Source: Clostridiales bacterium
GTDB taxonomy: Bacteria > Bacillota > Clostridia > Lachnospirales > UBA12420
Assembly: GCA_003452395.1 (NCBI GenBank)
Contig: DMOI01000041.1
Location: 8,362-72,361 of the forward strand
Direction of reading: 5' to 3'
Length of the DNA: 64,000 bases
Shown: piece after piece, positions 37,868 through 46,870 of the stretch
Layout of the letters: each line of letters opens with the position of its first letter
Numbering within the stretch: the first letter of the stretch is position 1
Translations under genes and position numbers: made by a program
Notes under the pieces: model-generated
Seen by the model: only the letters and a program-made list of their open reading frames with translations
What the model was told of the DNA's origin: nothing
Databases searched by the model: none

Positions 37868-40800
37868 TTAGTATTCCATCTTACTCATTCTTATGTATCC
37901 TTCATATCTATCTTTCGCTTGTTCTTCAGCTTCTTCAAACATTTTGTCAGCTATTTTAGGGAATTGTTTTTGAACTGCTGTGTATCTTACTTCGCCCTCT
38001 AAATATTCTCTAAAGCTCATTTTAGGTTCTCCTGAGTCTAGTACAAATGGATTTTTACCCTGTTCTTTTAATCTTGGGTCAAATCTCCACAAATGCCAGT
38101 ATCCTGAATCAACAGCAAGCTTCATTCGTTCTTGGGTCCTTCCCATACCTGCTTTTATTCCATGATTTATACATGGAGCATATGCGATTATAATTGATGG
38201 CCCATCATAACTTTCAGCCTCTTGCACTGCTTTCATGAATTGATTTTTATTTGCTCCCATAGCTACTTGGGCTACATATACATATCCATAGCTAGAAGCC
38301 ATAATACCTAAATCCTTTTTCTTTGTTCTCTTTCCTGCAGCTGCAAATTTTGCCATTGCAGCAGTTGGAGTTGATTTTGATGATTGTCCACCTGTATTTG
38401 AGTAAACTTCTGTATCAAATACAAGTACATTTACATTAGCACCTGACGCAAGAACATGGTCAAGTCCACCGTATCCTATGTCATATGCCCATCCATCTCC
38501 ACCTAATATCCATATTGATTTTTGTGTTAGATATTCATGATTAGCCTTAAAGAAATCTGTTATTTCTTGTAACTCATTATCGTTATACTTATATTCAAGT
38601 ACCTTATCGAGTTCTATAGTTGCTTCTTTAGATGCTTCGTAGTTATCTTTTCCGTCTATCCATTTTTTAAATGCTGCTTTAACATCATCACCAACATTAA
38701 GTTCTAATAAACTTTCTGCTTTTGTCTTTAACTGTTCTCTAACCTTCTTAATACCTAGTGACATACCGTATCCATACTCTGCATTATCTTCAAATAATGA
38801 GTTAGCCCATGCTGGACCTTGCCCTTTATCATTTTTGCAGTATGGAGTAGAGGGTGCTGAAGCTCCCCATATAGAAGAACATCCTGTCGCATTAGCTATA
38901 ACCATTTTTTCTCCAAATAATTGCGTAACAACCTTAATATATGGAGTTTCTCCACAACCCGCACATGCACCACTAAATTCAAATAATGGTTGGGAAAATT
39001 GTGATCCCTTAACATTATCTTTTGACACTAAATTATCCTTCGCTGGAAGAGCTCTGACATAATTCCAATTTTTTATTTCCATTTCTGTTTGAGTTTCAAT
39101 CGGTTTCATTTCAAGTGCCTTTTGTTTTGCTGGACATACTTCAGCACAGTTTCCACAACCAGTACAATCTTTTGTTGAAACTTGTATTTTATAATTCAAG
39201 CCTTCGAGGCCCTTTCCTATTGCCTTCTTAGTTTCTATTCCTTCTGGTGCATTAGCCAACTCTTCATCTGTAAGTAAGAATGGTCTTATTGCAGCATGAG
39301 GACATACAAATGAACATTGATTACACTGAATACAATTTTCTGGTATCCATTCTGGTACATTTGTAGCTATACCCCTCTTTTCATATGCCGCAGAACCATT
39401 TTCAAAAGTACCATCTTCTGAATTCTTAAAAGTACTTACTGGTAGTTTATCTCCCTCGAGTGCATTCATAGGAATTAGTCTATCTTTTATAAAAGTTGGC
39501 AAATTACCCTCATCTAAATCTTTAAATAATTCTAGCTTACTCCATGCCCCAGGAACATTTACTTTAACTATATTTTCTATTCCTTCATCTACTGCATCGT
39601 AGTTCATCTTAAGAACATCCTGTCCTTTTTTTCCATATGATTTATCTATTGCATCCTTTAAATGTTTTATAGCCAAATCTAGAGGTATAACATTTGCAAG
39701 CTTAAAAAATACTGCTTGCATTATCATATTTATCTTTCCACCTAATCCTAAATCCTGAGCAAGTTTTGTAGCGTTTATTGTATAGAAATTTATATTGTTT
39801 TCTGCTATGTATTTTTTTATTTTTACATGTAATTTTTCTTCTATTTCTTTTTCATTCCATATACAGTTTAGAACAAAAGTTCCACCCTTTCTGAGTCCTG
39901 CTATCACATCATATTGGTCCACATATGCCTGAGCATGACATGCAATGTAATCAGCTTCGTCTATAAGATAAGTTGACTTTATCGGTTGCTTACCAAATCT
40001 TAAGTGAGATACTGTTGCCCCTCCTGATTTCTTAGAATCATACGAGAAATACCCCTGAGCATATAGCTCTGTATCATCACCTATAATCTTGATTGCATTT
40101 TTATTTGCTCCAACTGTACCATCTGAGCCAAGACCATAAAATTTACATCTTACTGTTCCTAGTTTTTCTGTAACTATTTTATCTTTTATATCGAGTGAAA
40201 GATATGTAACATCGTCATTTATACCTATTGTAAAATTATTTCTTGGATTATCCCGAGTCATATCAAATACTGCCTTAATTTGAGATGGAGTCGTATCTTT
40301 TGAACCAAGTCCATATCTACCACCAACTATCTGTGGCTTGTTTTCTATGTCATAAAACATATTTCTAATATCTTTATATAATGGTTCTCCTTCTGCTCCT
40401 GGTTCTTTAGTCCTATCAAGTACAGCGATTTTCTTAACTGTGGCAGGAAGTACATCAAAAAGATATTTAGCCACAAAAGGTCTATATAATCTTACTTTGA
40501 TAAGACCCACTTTTTCACCCTTTGCCATTAGATAATCTATTGTTTCCTCTATCGTTTCACATACTGAACCCATAGCAACTATTATCCTATCAGCATCTGG
40601 TGCTCCATAATAGTCAAATGGCTTGTAGCTTCTACCTGTAAGCTCTGATATTTTATTCATATAATCAACAACAGTATCAGGTAACCTATCATAAAAACTG
40701 TTTGAGGCTTCTTTTGCTTGGAAAAAAATATCTGGGTTTTGAGCAGTCCCCCTCGTAACTGGTCTCTCTGGGTTTAAAGCCCTATTCCTAAAAGCTTGAA

Positions 40801-41401
40801 TAGCATCGTGATCTACTAGTTTATTAAATTCTTCATAACCTATTGTTTCAATCTTCTGTACTTCATGTGAAGTTCTAAATCCATCAAAAAAATGAAGAAA
40901 AGGAATCCTAGATTTGATAGCCGAAAGATGAGCTATTCCTGCTAAATCCATAACTTCTTGAACTGAACTTGATGCAAGCAGAGCAAAACCAGTTTGTTTT
41001 GCAGCCATAACATCGGAATGATCTCCAAATATCGATAATGCATGCCCCGCAAGAGCCCTTGCAGTTACATGAAATACGCAAGGGAGTAATTCACCTGCTA
41101 TTTTATACATATTAGGTAACATGAGTAACAAACCTTGTGATGCAGTAAAAGTAGTCGTAAGTGAACCACCTTGAAGTGAACCATGAACTGCCCCTGCTGC
41201 TCCCGCTTCTGATTGCATTTCCGCAACTAGTACCTCCTGTCCAAAAATATTTTTCTTACCTTGTGATGACCATTCATCAACCACTTCCGCCATCGTTGAT
41301 GATGGTGTTATTGGATATATAGCCGCTACCTCAGTAAATGCATAAGCTACATAAGCAGCTGCTGTATTTCCATCCATAGTTTTCATAACTTTATTTGACA
41401 T
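37868..41401 (-). CDS. nifJ: pyruvate:ferredoxin (flavodoxin) oxidoreductase
   Basis: 1177 aa. Two 4Fe-4S motifs (CIQCNQCSFVCPH, CTGCGNCAEVCP) and a TPP-binding GGDGWAYDIG. Confidence 0.97.
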   Translation of the reverse strand: MSNKVMKTMDGNTAAAYVAYAFTEVAAIYPITPSSTMAEVVDEWSSQGKKNIFGQEVLVAEMQSEAGAAGAVHGSLQGGSLTTTFTASQGLLLMLPNMYKIAGELLPCVFHVTARALAGHALSIFGDHSDVMAAKQTGFALLASSSVQEVMDLAGIAHLSAIKSRIPFLHFFDGFRTSHEVQKIETIGYEEFNKLVDHDAIQAFRNRALNPERPVTRGTAQNPDIFFQAKEASNSFYDRLPDTVVDYMNKISELTGRSYKPFDYYGAPDADRIIVAMGSVCETIEETIDYLMAKGEKVGLIKVRLYRPFVAKYLFDVLPATVKKIAVLDRTKEPGAEGEPLYKDIRNMFYDIENKPQIVGGRYGLGSKDTTPSQIKAVFDMTRDNPRNNFTIGINDDVTYLSLDIKDKIVTEKLGTVRCKFYGLGSDGTVGANKNAIKIIGDDTELYAQGYFSYDSKKSGGATVSHLRFGKQPIKSTYLIDEADYIACHAQAYVDQYDVIAGLRKGGTFVLNCIWNEKEIEEKLHVKIKKYIAENNINFYTINATKLAQDLGLGGKINMIMQAVFFKLANVIPLDLAIKHLKDAIDKSYGKKGQDVLKMNYDAVDEGIENIVKVNVPGAWSKLELFKDLDEGNLPTFIKDRLIPMNALEGDKLPVSTFKNSEDGTFENGSAAYEKRGIATNVPEWIPENCIQCNQCSFVCPHAAIRPFLLTDEELANAPEGIETKKAIGKGLEGLNYKIQVSTKDCTGCGNCAEVCPAKQKALEMKPIETQTEMEIKNWNYVRALPAKDNLVSKDNVKGSQFSQPLFEFSGACAGCGETPYIKVVTQLFGEKMVIANATGCSSIWGASAPSTPYCKNDKGQGPAWANSLFEDNAEYGYGMSLGIKKVREQLKTKAESLLELNVGDDVKAAFKKWIDGKDNYEASKEATIELDKVLEYKYNDNELQEITDFFKANHEYLTQKSIWILGGDGWAYDIGYGGLDHVLASGANVNVLVFDTEVYSNTGGQSSKSTPTAAMAKFAAAGKRTKKKDLGIMASSYGYVYVAQVAMGANKNQFMKAVQEAESYDGPSIIIAYAPCINHGIKAGMGRTQERMKLAVDSGYWHLWRFDPRLKEQGKNPFVLDSGEPKMSFREYLEGEVRYTAVQKQFPKIADKMFEEAEEQAKDRYEGYIRMSKMEY

Positions 41402-41424
41402 ATAAAAATCCCCCCTATTAAAAT

Positions 41425-41475
41425 AATTGAAAATTGAAAGTGAAAAAATATTTTTTCTGTTTTTAATTTTCTATT
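41425..41475. repeat. degenerate heptad palindrome in the nifJ leader
   Basis: AATTGAAAATTGAAAGTGAAAAAATA / TATTTTTTCTGTTTTTAATTTTCTATT, imperfect inverted arms. Lies between a possible promoter (TTGTAA-17-TATAAT, 41513..41485 minus) and the nifJ SD. Confidence 0.6.
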
Positions 41476-41555
41476 TGTATAACCATTATATATTTCTTTT
41501 GATAATTTTACAAGAAAATTATAGAAATTTTTAAAAGGTTTTATGTTTTTTGGGA

Positions 41556-41592
41556 TAAAAACACAACCTAAGATTATGTTAGGTTGTTGTTT
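41556..41592 (-). terminator. terminator after the 96-aa gene
   Basis: ACAACCTAA-loop-TTAGGTTGT. On the minus strand it is followed by GTTTTTA. Confidence 0.7.
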
Positions 41593-41630
41593 GATATATT
41601 TTATATTACGTTTTTGATTATAAATGTATG

Positions 41631-41921
41631 TTACATAGTCATTTGATTATTAGCAAGTGTTTCATCTAGTATGCTTAAACTAGGACCATTTTCCTTTTCT
41701 ATTTCTGTCCAATCATACATACTTGGATATTCTTTACTTTGCAGTGTTCCCTCATTTTTCAATATACGGTCTAGCCTAGGTTGCTCTTCCATTCTATAAC
41801 GCTCAATACCAACCTCTGATATCCTCTTTTCGTGCTTTTGATAACAAATATCATTCCAGTTTAATATTTTAGTTACTACTTGTAAAGGATCTACAACATA
41901 TCTTTCATATCCAATCGCCAT
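41631..41921 (-). CDS. hypothetical protein
   Basis: 96 aa. Good SD (AGGAGGTTTTAAG-ATG). No motif recognised. Confidence 0.45.
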   Translation of the reverse strand: MAIGYERYVVDPLQVVTKILNWNDICYQKHEKRISEVGIERYRMEEQPRLDRILKNEGTLQSKEYPSMYDWTEIEKENGPSLSILDETLANNQMTM

Positions 41922-42105
41922 CTTAAAACCTCCTAGTATTTTTTTTATATTATATGATTTGTTTGGATAAAAGTCAATACCTTTTGAATTTTTTTACATT
42001 TTTTTATAACACTATTAAAAAATTACAAATTACGTAAATTGTCCAGTTGACATATTTTATAATTAATGATATATTTTTTATATTATATTTAAGGAGGTTT
42101 TATTA

Positions 42106-42300
42106 ATGGCCAATCATTTAAAATTAATTATTAATAATGGAGTTAAGGTGTCTGAATTTCCTAAAAAAGTTCCTAAAGAAACAGATATTGCAACTGATTT
42201 ATCGGGAAAATTTTTTGCGTCACCTGAAGACATTGGTATTCATCCATATAATTCAGAAGTTAATACAAGTATTGCAGACGAACCAGAATTATCTAACTGA
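42106..42300 (+). CDS. hypothetical small acidic protein
   Basis: 64 aa. SD AAGGAGG, promoter-like TTGACA-17-TATATT at 42047-42075, followed by a terminator. Confidence 0.45.
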   Translation: MANHLKLIINNGVKVSEFPKKVPKETDIATDLSGKFFASPEDIGIHPYNSEVNTSIADEPELSN

Positions 42301-42307
42301 TTATAAA

Positions 42308-42350
42308 TAAAAGAGATCTTTTTGTAAAACTCATCAAAAGGATCTCTTTT
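42308..42350. terminator. bidirectional terminator between the 64-aa gene and the GH18 gene
   Basis: AAAAGAGATCTTTTTG ... CAAAAGGATCTCTTTT, a near-perfect inverted repeat. Confidence 0.8.
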
Positions 42351-42356
42351 ATTTCG

Positions 42357-43697
42357 TTAATTTGACATACTACTTATCTTACTCATATATGCTGCATCCT
42401 CTAGTCCAAGTCTCCATATCGCCACACCCAAAAGTCCATAATCATTCACCATATTTAGTTTAAAAGGTATGCTATATGAGTTTTCGAACCACACTTCATG
42501 ACTTACTCCTAGTGTATCAATATAAGTGTAATGTGGTGTTTGTGATACTGAATCCCATATTATAGTTGCACCATATGTAGTTGCTATCTCATATGCTTTG
42601 CTTACACTATATGATTTTGTACCGCTACTAGACCAATCATATCCATATGCTGCAACGCCTAACAATATTTTTTCTTTTGGTATTACTGTAACTGCATATT
42701 CCACAACTCTTTTTACCCAACCATATGATGCTATAGCCCCTAGTGTTCCCCCTGGATAATGTTCGTCGTATGTCATTATCACTATTTGATCTGCATACAT
42801 ATTTAAACTTTTATAGTCAAACGCTCCATTCCAGCCATCTGTTGTACTGTCATATGTTTTTGCTGGAACTGCTATTGTGACCAAATATCCCTTTGGATTC
42901 AAAGTCTCATATAATTCTTTCATAAATGTAGTCATATGCTCCCGGTTAATTGCATAAACCCCTTCTATATCAACATTTACCCCTGCATAGCCATACTTTC
43001 CTATCTCTACTAATATATTGTTTATTAGTGTCGCCCTATTTGTAGCACTTTCTAGAAGTTGTTTAGCAACAAGGCCGCTAAATTGATTTGAGATAGAAGC
43101 CTGAACTTTTATGTTATTACTTTTTGCATATTGTATTTGCTCTAAAGGAATGATTCCAGTAAGATTTCCGCTCCCATCTACTGTATATGTATGAGTAACT
43201 ATTTCATCAATCGCATCTTTGTTTGCAACCATGGAGTTATATGATGACTTGTCCCCTGAATAATAATAAGTAGCATATCCAAGGACCACTTTTTCAGTAC
43301 TTACAGGTGGGGTTATCACTGGTAATGCCTCTGTTGTAAAATTTACATGTACTGATTCACTTGAAACTGTAAATTTGTTAAATGCCACTATGTAATACGA
43401 ATAAACAGTACTTGACTGTAAATTAGTATGATTATAGTTCATTGCATACACTGTGCCTAGCAACTTGTAGCTAATATCACTAGAAGTAGCCCCATAAACT
43501 CTATATCCTGTGGCATTCACTACACTATCCCATTGCAAATCTATTTCATCTTTCGTAATACTCCCAGCAATCAAATTTGTAGGTGCTGTTAAAATATTTT
43601 TTGTTGTCCCTTTTCCAGCCTCTGTTACACCAACAAAACATGTAACAAACATAACAAAAGCCAAAAATACTGCAAAGTACCTTTTTAAACATTTCAT
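42357..43697 (-). CDS. secreted FN3 + glycoside hydrolase family 18 (chitinase/YaaH-like) protein
   Basis: 446 aa: signal peptide, FN3-like LTAPTNL...WDSVVNATGYRVY, and the GH18 motif YAGVNVDIEG. Confidence 0.75.
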   Translation of the reverse strand: MKCLKRYFAVFLAFVMFVTCFVGVTEAGKGTTKNILTAPTNLIAGSITKDEIDLQWDSVVNATGYRVYGATSSDISYKLLGTVYAMNYNHTNLQSSTVYSYYIVAFNKFTVSSESVHVNFTTEALPVITPPVSTEKVVLGYATYYYSGDKSSYNSMVANKDAIDEIVTHTYTVDGSGNLTGIIPLEQIQYAKSNNIKVQASISNQFSGLVAKQLLESATNRATLINNILVEIGKYGYAGVNVDIEGVYAINREHMTTFMKELYETLNPKGYLVTIAVPAKTYDSTTDGWNGAFDYKSLNMYADQIVIMTYDEHYPGGTLGAIASYGWVKRVVEYAVTVIPKEKILLGVAAYGYDWSSSGTKSYSVSKAYEIATTYGATIIWDSVSQTPHYTYIDTLGVSHEVWFENSYSIPFKLNMVNDYGLLGVAIWRLGLEDAAYMSKISSMSN

Positions 43698-43785
43698 AGT
43701 AAAACCCCCTTATATTGTATTGGTTACCTATATTTACATTATAAATCTTTTTTGTGTATAAAACAATGGGAATAAAGCCTAAATA

Positions 43786-43808
43786 AAACAGGACCGAAGT
43801 CCCGTTTT
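43786..43808 (-). terminator. terminator after the CDF transporter gene
   Basis: Minus strand reads AAAACGGGAC-ttcg-GTCCTGTTTTATTT. Confidence 0.7.
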
Positions 43809-43857
43809 AGCATAATACTATTTTTTTACTGTTTTCGATTTTTTTGTTCTTTGTTCC

Positions 43858-44748
43858 TTACTCTCCCGGTTCTATATGTATAAGCACATCCGTATTTTTC
43901 AATACTTCCTCTAAATCTCTCTCTATCTCTTCACATATTTCATGTGACTCCTCTACAGATAGTCTTTTATTTACAGTCATATGAAATTCAATATATTTTG
44001 TATTACCTGCTTTTCTTGTACATAAATTATGATAATCTATTATATGATCCTTATAACTCTCCATAACAATACAAATCTTTGCTTCTTCTTCCTCTGATAA
44101 TCTCGAATCTATTAGTGGTTTTAATGCATTATCACATAAATGATAGGCTTCTTTCATAATGAGTAGTGCAACACTAATAGCAATCAATGAATCGAGTATT
44201 ACAAGCTTTGTTATTTCTAAAGCTATAAGCCCTACCCCTACTCCTATCGAAGTATATACATCTGTTTTCAAATGAAGTGCATCTGCTTCTAGTGCCATAG
44301 AATCTTCTTCTTTTGCAACTTTATATAAAAATTTTGACACCACAACATTAACTATTGCAGATACAAACATAATAATTATCCCTATCCACGTTTCTCCCAC
44401 TTCACTTGGATTAATTAATTTAACAACAGCTTCATTAATAATAAAAAACGCAGCTATAAATATAAGCAATCCCTCTATAAGTCCAGAAAAATTCTCGATT
44501 TTTCCATGTCCATATGGATGCTCATAATCTGGTGGTTTCGATGAAATTTTAACTGAACAGTACGCAATAAATGAAGCAATCAGGTCAATACCTGAGTGTA
44601 TAGCTTCACTTATTATACTTACAGACCCACTCAAAATCCCCGCAAATACTTTAAGAGTTATTAATGATGTGTTTGATATTACCGATATGAGTGCCGCATT
44701 TGCCTTTTTATTATCTGCTTTAAATTTCAATTTTGCATCCCCTCTCAT
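43858..44748 (-). CDS. cation diffusion facilitator family transporter
   Basis: 296 aa: six TM helices, HSGIDLIAS and HLKTDVYTS metal-site helices, and a C-terminal cytoplasmic domain. Confidence 0.9.
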   Translation of the reverse strand: MRGDAKLKFKADNKKANAALISVISNTSLITLKVFAGILSGSVSIISEAIHSGIDLIASFIAYCSVKISSKPPDYEHPYGHGKIENFSGLIEGLLIFIAAFFIINEAVVKLINPSEVGETWIGIIIMFVSAIVNVVVSKFLYKVAKEEDSMALEADALHLKTDVYTSIGVGVGLIALEITKLVILDSLIAISVALLIMKEAYHLCDNALKPLIDSRLSEEEEAKICIVMESYKDHIIDYHNLCTRKAGNTKYIEFHMTVNKRLSVEESHEICEEIERDLEEVLKNTDVLIHIEPGE

Positions 44749-44754
44749 ATACTC

Positions 44755-44862
44755 ATACGATAAAAAACAGTGGTACCTATAATGTTGCTATAGTCCCACA
44801 GTTCATACTGTTGCTAGATTCCTAGCCCGAGTCATGCTATTTACATACCCTGCTCTATATTT
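44755..44862 (-). promoter_or_regulatory. probable czcD (NiCo) riboswitch
   Basis: Minus-strand leader reads AGAGCAGGGU...GGGCUAGGAAUCUAGCAACAGUAUGAACUGUGGGACUAUAGCAAC...GGUACCACUGUU. The GAGCAGG, GCAACAG and CUGUGGGAC blocks match my recollection of the czcD motif. It is directly 5' of a CDF transporter, the usual context. Confidence 0.55.
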
Positions 44863-44931
44863 AAAATATTCACTTTTATAAAAATTATATCAAATAATTA
44901 TAAATTGTCAATAAGTTTTTTTAAAATTTAC

Positions 44932-44960
44932 TTGACAAAAAATGTATTTTATACTATATT
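44932..44960 (+). promoter_or_regulatory. sigma-A-type promoter for the tyrS leader
   Basis: TTGACA (44932-44937), 17-nt spacer, TATATT (44955-44960). Confidence 0.65.
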
Positions 44961-44974
44961 ATATAGAACTAAAT

Positions 44975-45255
44975 AAAAAGTCTATGATAGAGACACAGTA
45001 GATATTTGTGGTTACAACCCCAGAGAGTGAGTTACTCGGTGCAAAACTCACAGCACACAAACAATCGAATTACACTCAGGAGACGGGAGAAAATGAAGAA
45101 GTTGAAAGTTGAAAGTTGAAAGTTGAAAGTTAAAAGAATTACTTAACTCTCGGTCTCAACCTCAATCCCCTTAACTTAAACTTGGGTGGTACCACGGGTA
45201 AAAAACTCGTCCCATATAATACACACGTATTGTATGAGACGAGTTTTTTCAATTT
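44975..45255 (+). promoter_or_regulatory. T-box riboswitch, tyrosine specifier (UAC)
   Basis: Stem I elements (GATAGAGA, CAGTAG, CCAGAGAG...GGTGCAAA). Specifier loop GAATTACAC contains UAC followed by A. T-box AAACTTGGGTGGTACCACGG. Terminator AAAAAACTCGTC...GACGAGTTTTTT at 45200-45249. Confidence 0.85.
45101..45135 (+). repeat. GTTGAAA heptad tandem array (4 perfect + 1 degenerate unit) inside the T-box leader
   Basis: GTTGAAA x4 then GTTAAAA, read directly from the sequence. Confidence 0.9.
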
Positions 45256-45434
45256 CTATGTTAGTTTTAATTTTAGTTTTAACGAACACGCAGGGATGTC
45301 CCGGCGCTCAGTACTTTTGAGCGGAAAGGGCAGACCGTCAACCTTACTCTCACCAAAAATAAATTAATCTTTTTTCCTAATCCGCAAACTGTTTGAGTAA
45401 GTGCAGCGAATGCGTAACGAACGAGTTCTTGCGG

Positions 45435-45504
45435 CTATCCCCCCAAGGATGGGGGGTTAGGGGGCTGAGTTTTTTTGTTACTTTTTTTTGAAAAAAAGTA
45501 ATTA
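45435..45504 (+). repeat. dispersed ~70-bp element, copy 2
   Basis: CCCCCC-aaggat-GGGGGG hairpin followed by TTAGGGGGCTGAGTTTTTTTGTTACTTTTTTTTGAAAAAAAGTAA. The core 45467-45501 is identical to 19395-19429. Confidence 0.8.
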
Positions 45505-45635
45505 AGTTTTAAGTAATTAAATTTTAAACTTTTTAAGTCTTTAAATTTTGAAATTTTTAAGTCTTTAAGTTTTTAATTATTACCCAATTAAGTTATTAAA
45601 TCTTTTATCATTCAATAAAAAACGGAGGTTTTCAC

Positions 45636-46847
45636 ATGAACGCATTTGATATTCTAAAAGAAAGAGGCTTCATAGCCCAATGTAGCAACGAACAAGAAAT
45701 AAGAGAAAGTTTCGAAAAAGGTCAAGTCACAATGTACTGTGGTTACGACGCAACAGCCGACAGCCTAACAGCTGGCCATTTCCTAACCCTAATGGCACTA
45801 AGCCACCTACAAAAAGCCGGGCACAGACCCATAATTCTAATAGGTGGAGGCACAACAATGATAGGTGACCCATCCGGCAAAACAGACATGCGAAAGATGC
45901 TAACCATAGAAGACATAAACTACAATGCAGAATGTTTCAAAAAACAAATGGCTAGATTCATGGACTTTTCAGACGGTAAGGTTATTATGGATAACAATGC
46001 CAATTGGCTCCTTGGTCTTGAATACCTTCCATTCCTCCGAGATATTGCAGTTCATTTTTCTGTAAATAGAATGCTATCTGCAGAATGTTACAAATCTCGC
46101 TTAGAAGAAGGCTTAACATTATTTGAATTCAACTATATGGTTATGCAATCATACGACTTCCTAGAGCTATACAAACGCTACAATTGCACGCTTCAGGTAG
46201 GTGGCGACGACCAATGGTCAAACATGCTTGGTGGTATAGACCTAATCCGCAAAAAAGAACGTGCGAGTGCTAACGTTATGACATTCACCCTGCTCACTAC
46301 TAGCGAAGGCAAAAAAATGGGTAAAACAGAAAAAGGAGCACTATGGCTTGACCCTGCTAAAACAACTCCTTACGAATTCTACCAATACTGGAGAAACGTA
46401 GAGGATGTTAATGTAGAAAAATGCCTAGGACTGCTCACATATCTACCAATGGATGAGGTTAGAAAACTCGGAGAACTCAAAGATGCAAAAATAAATAAAG
46501 CAAAAGAAATCTTAGCATTTGAAGTTACCAAAATAGTCCACGGTGAGGCAGAAGCACAAAAAGCACAAGAAGCCGCCAAAGCTTTATTTAGCGCTGGTGG
46601 AGACATGAGTAACGTACCTAGCTTTGAACTCGAAAAAGACGATGTAGATATTTTATCACTTATGGTTACAACCAAACTTGCACCTTCACGTGCCGAAGCA
46701 AGACGTTTAGTAGAACAAGGTGGTGTTATAATCGGAGGAGAAAAAATTGACAATACAAATTACATAGTGACTAAAGATGCCTTTAAAAATAATGAACTTA
46801 TTATACAAAAAGGAAAGAAAACATTTTTAAAATTAGTAATAAAATAA
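45636..46847 (+). CDS. tyrS: tyrosine--tRNA ligase
   Basis: 403 aa. A HIGH-region variant (TAGHFL), KMGKT (KMSKS), and a C-terminal S4 domain. Confidence 0.97.
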   Translation: MNAFDILKERGFIAQCSNEQEIRESFEKGQVTMYCGYDATADSLTAGHFLTLMALSHLQKAGHRPIILIGGGTTMIGDPSGKTDMRKMLTIEDINYNAECFKKQMARFMDFSDGKVIMDNNANWLLGLEYLPFLRDIAVHFSVNRMLSAECYKSRLEEGLTLFEFNYMVMQSYDFLELYKRYNCTLQVGGDDQWSNMLGGIDLIRKKERASANVMTFTLLTTSEGKKMGKTEKGALWLDPAKTTPYEFYQYWRNVEDVNVEKCLGLLTYLPMDEVRKLGELKDAKINKAKEILAFEVTKIVHGEAEAQKAQEAAKALFSAGGDMSNVPSFELEKDDVDILSLMVTTKLAPSRAEARRLVEQGGVIIGGEKIDNTNYIVTKDAFKNNELIIQKGKKTFLKLVIK

Positions 46848-46868
46848 GCCCTTGTGGGCTTTTTTTAT
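46846..46868 (+). terminator. rho-independent terminator after tyrS
   Basis: AAGCCC-ttgt-GGGCTT followed by TTTTTTT. Confidence 0.85.
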
Positions 46869-46870
46869 TG

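Noticed and set aside
45301-45320. GGCGCTCAGTAYYTTTGA shared between 45301-45320 and 47665-47684, and the CTTACTC/GAGTAAG words shared by the 16.4, 19.3 and 45.3 kb spacers
   Set aside because: The exact matches are only 7-11 nt. That is too short to exclude chance without genome-wide statistics, so I noted them but did not call a repeat family.
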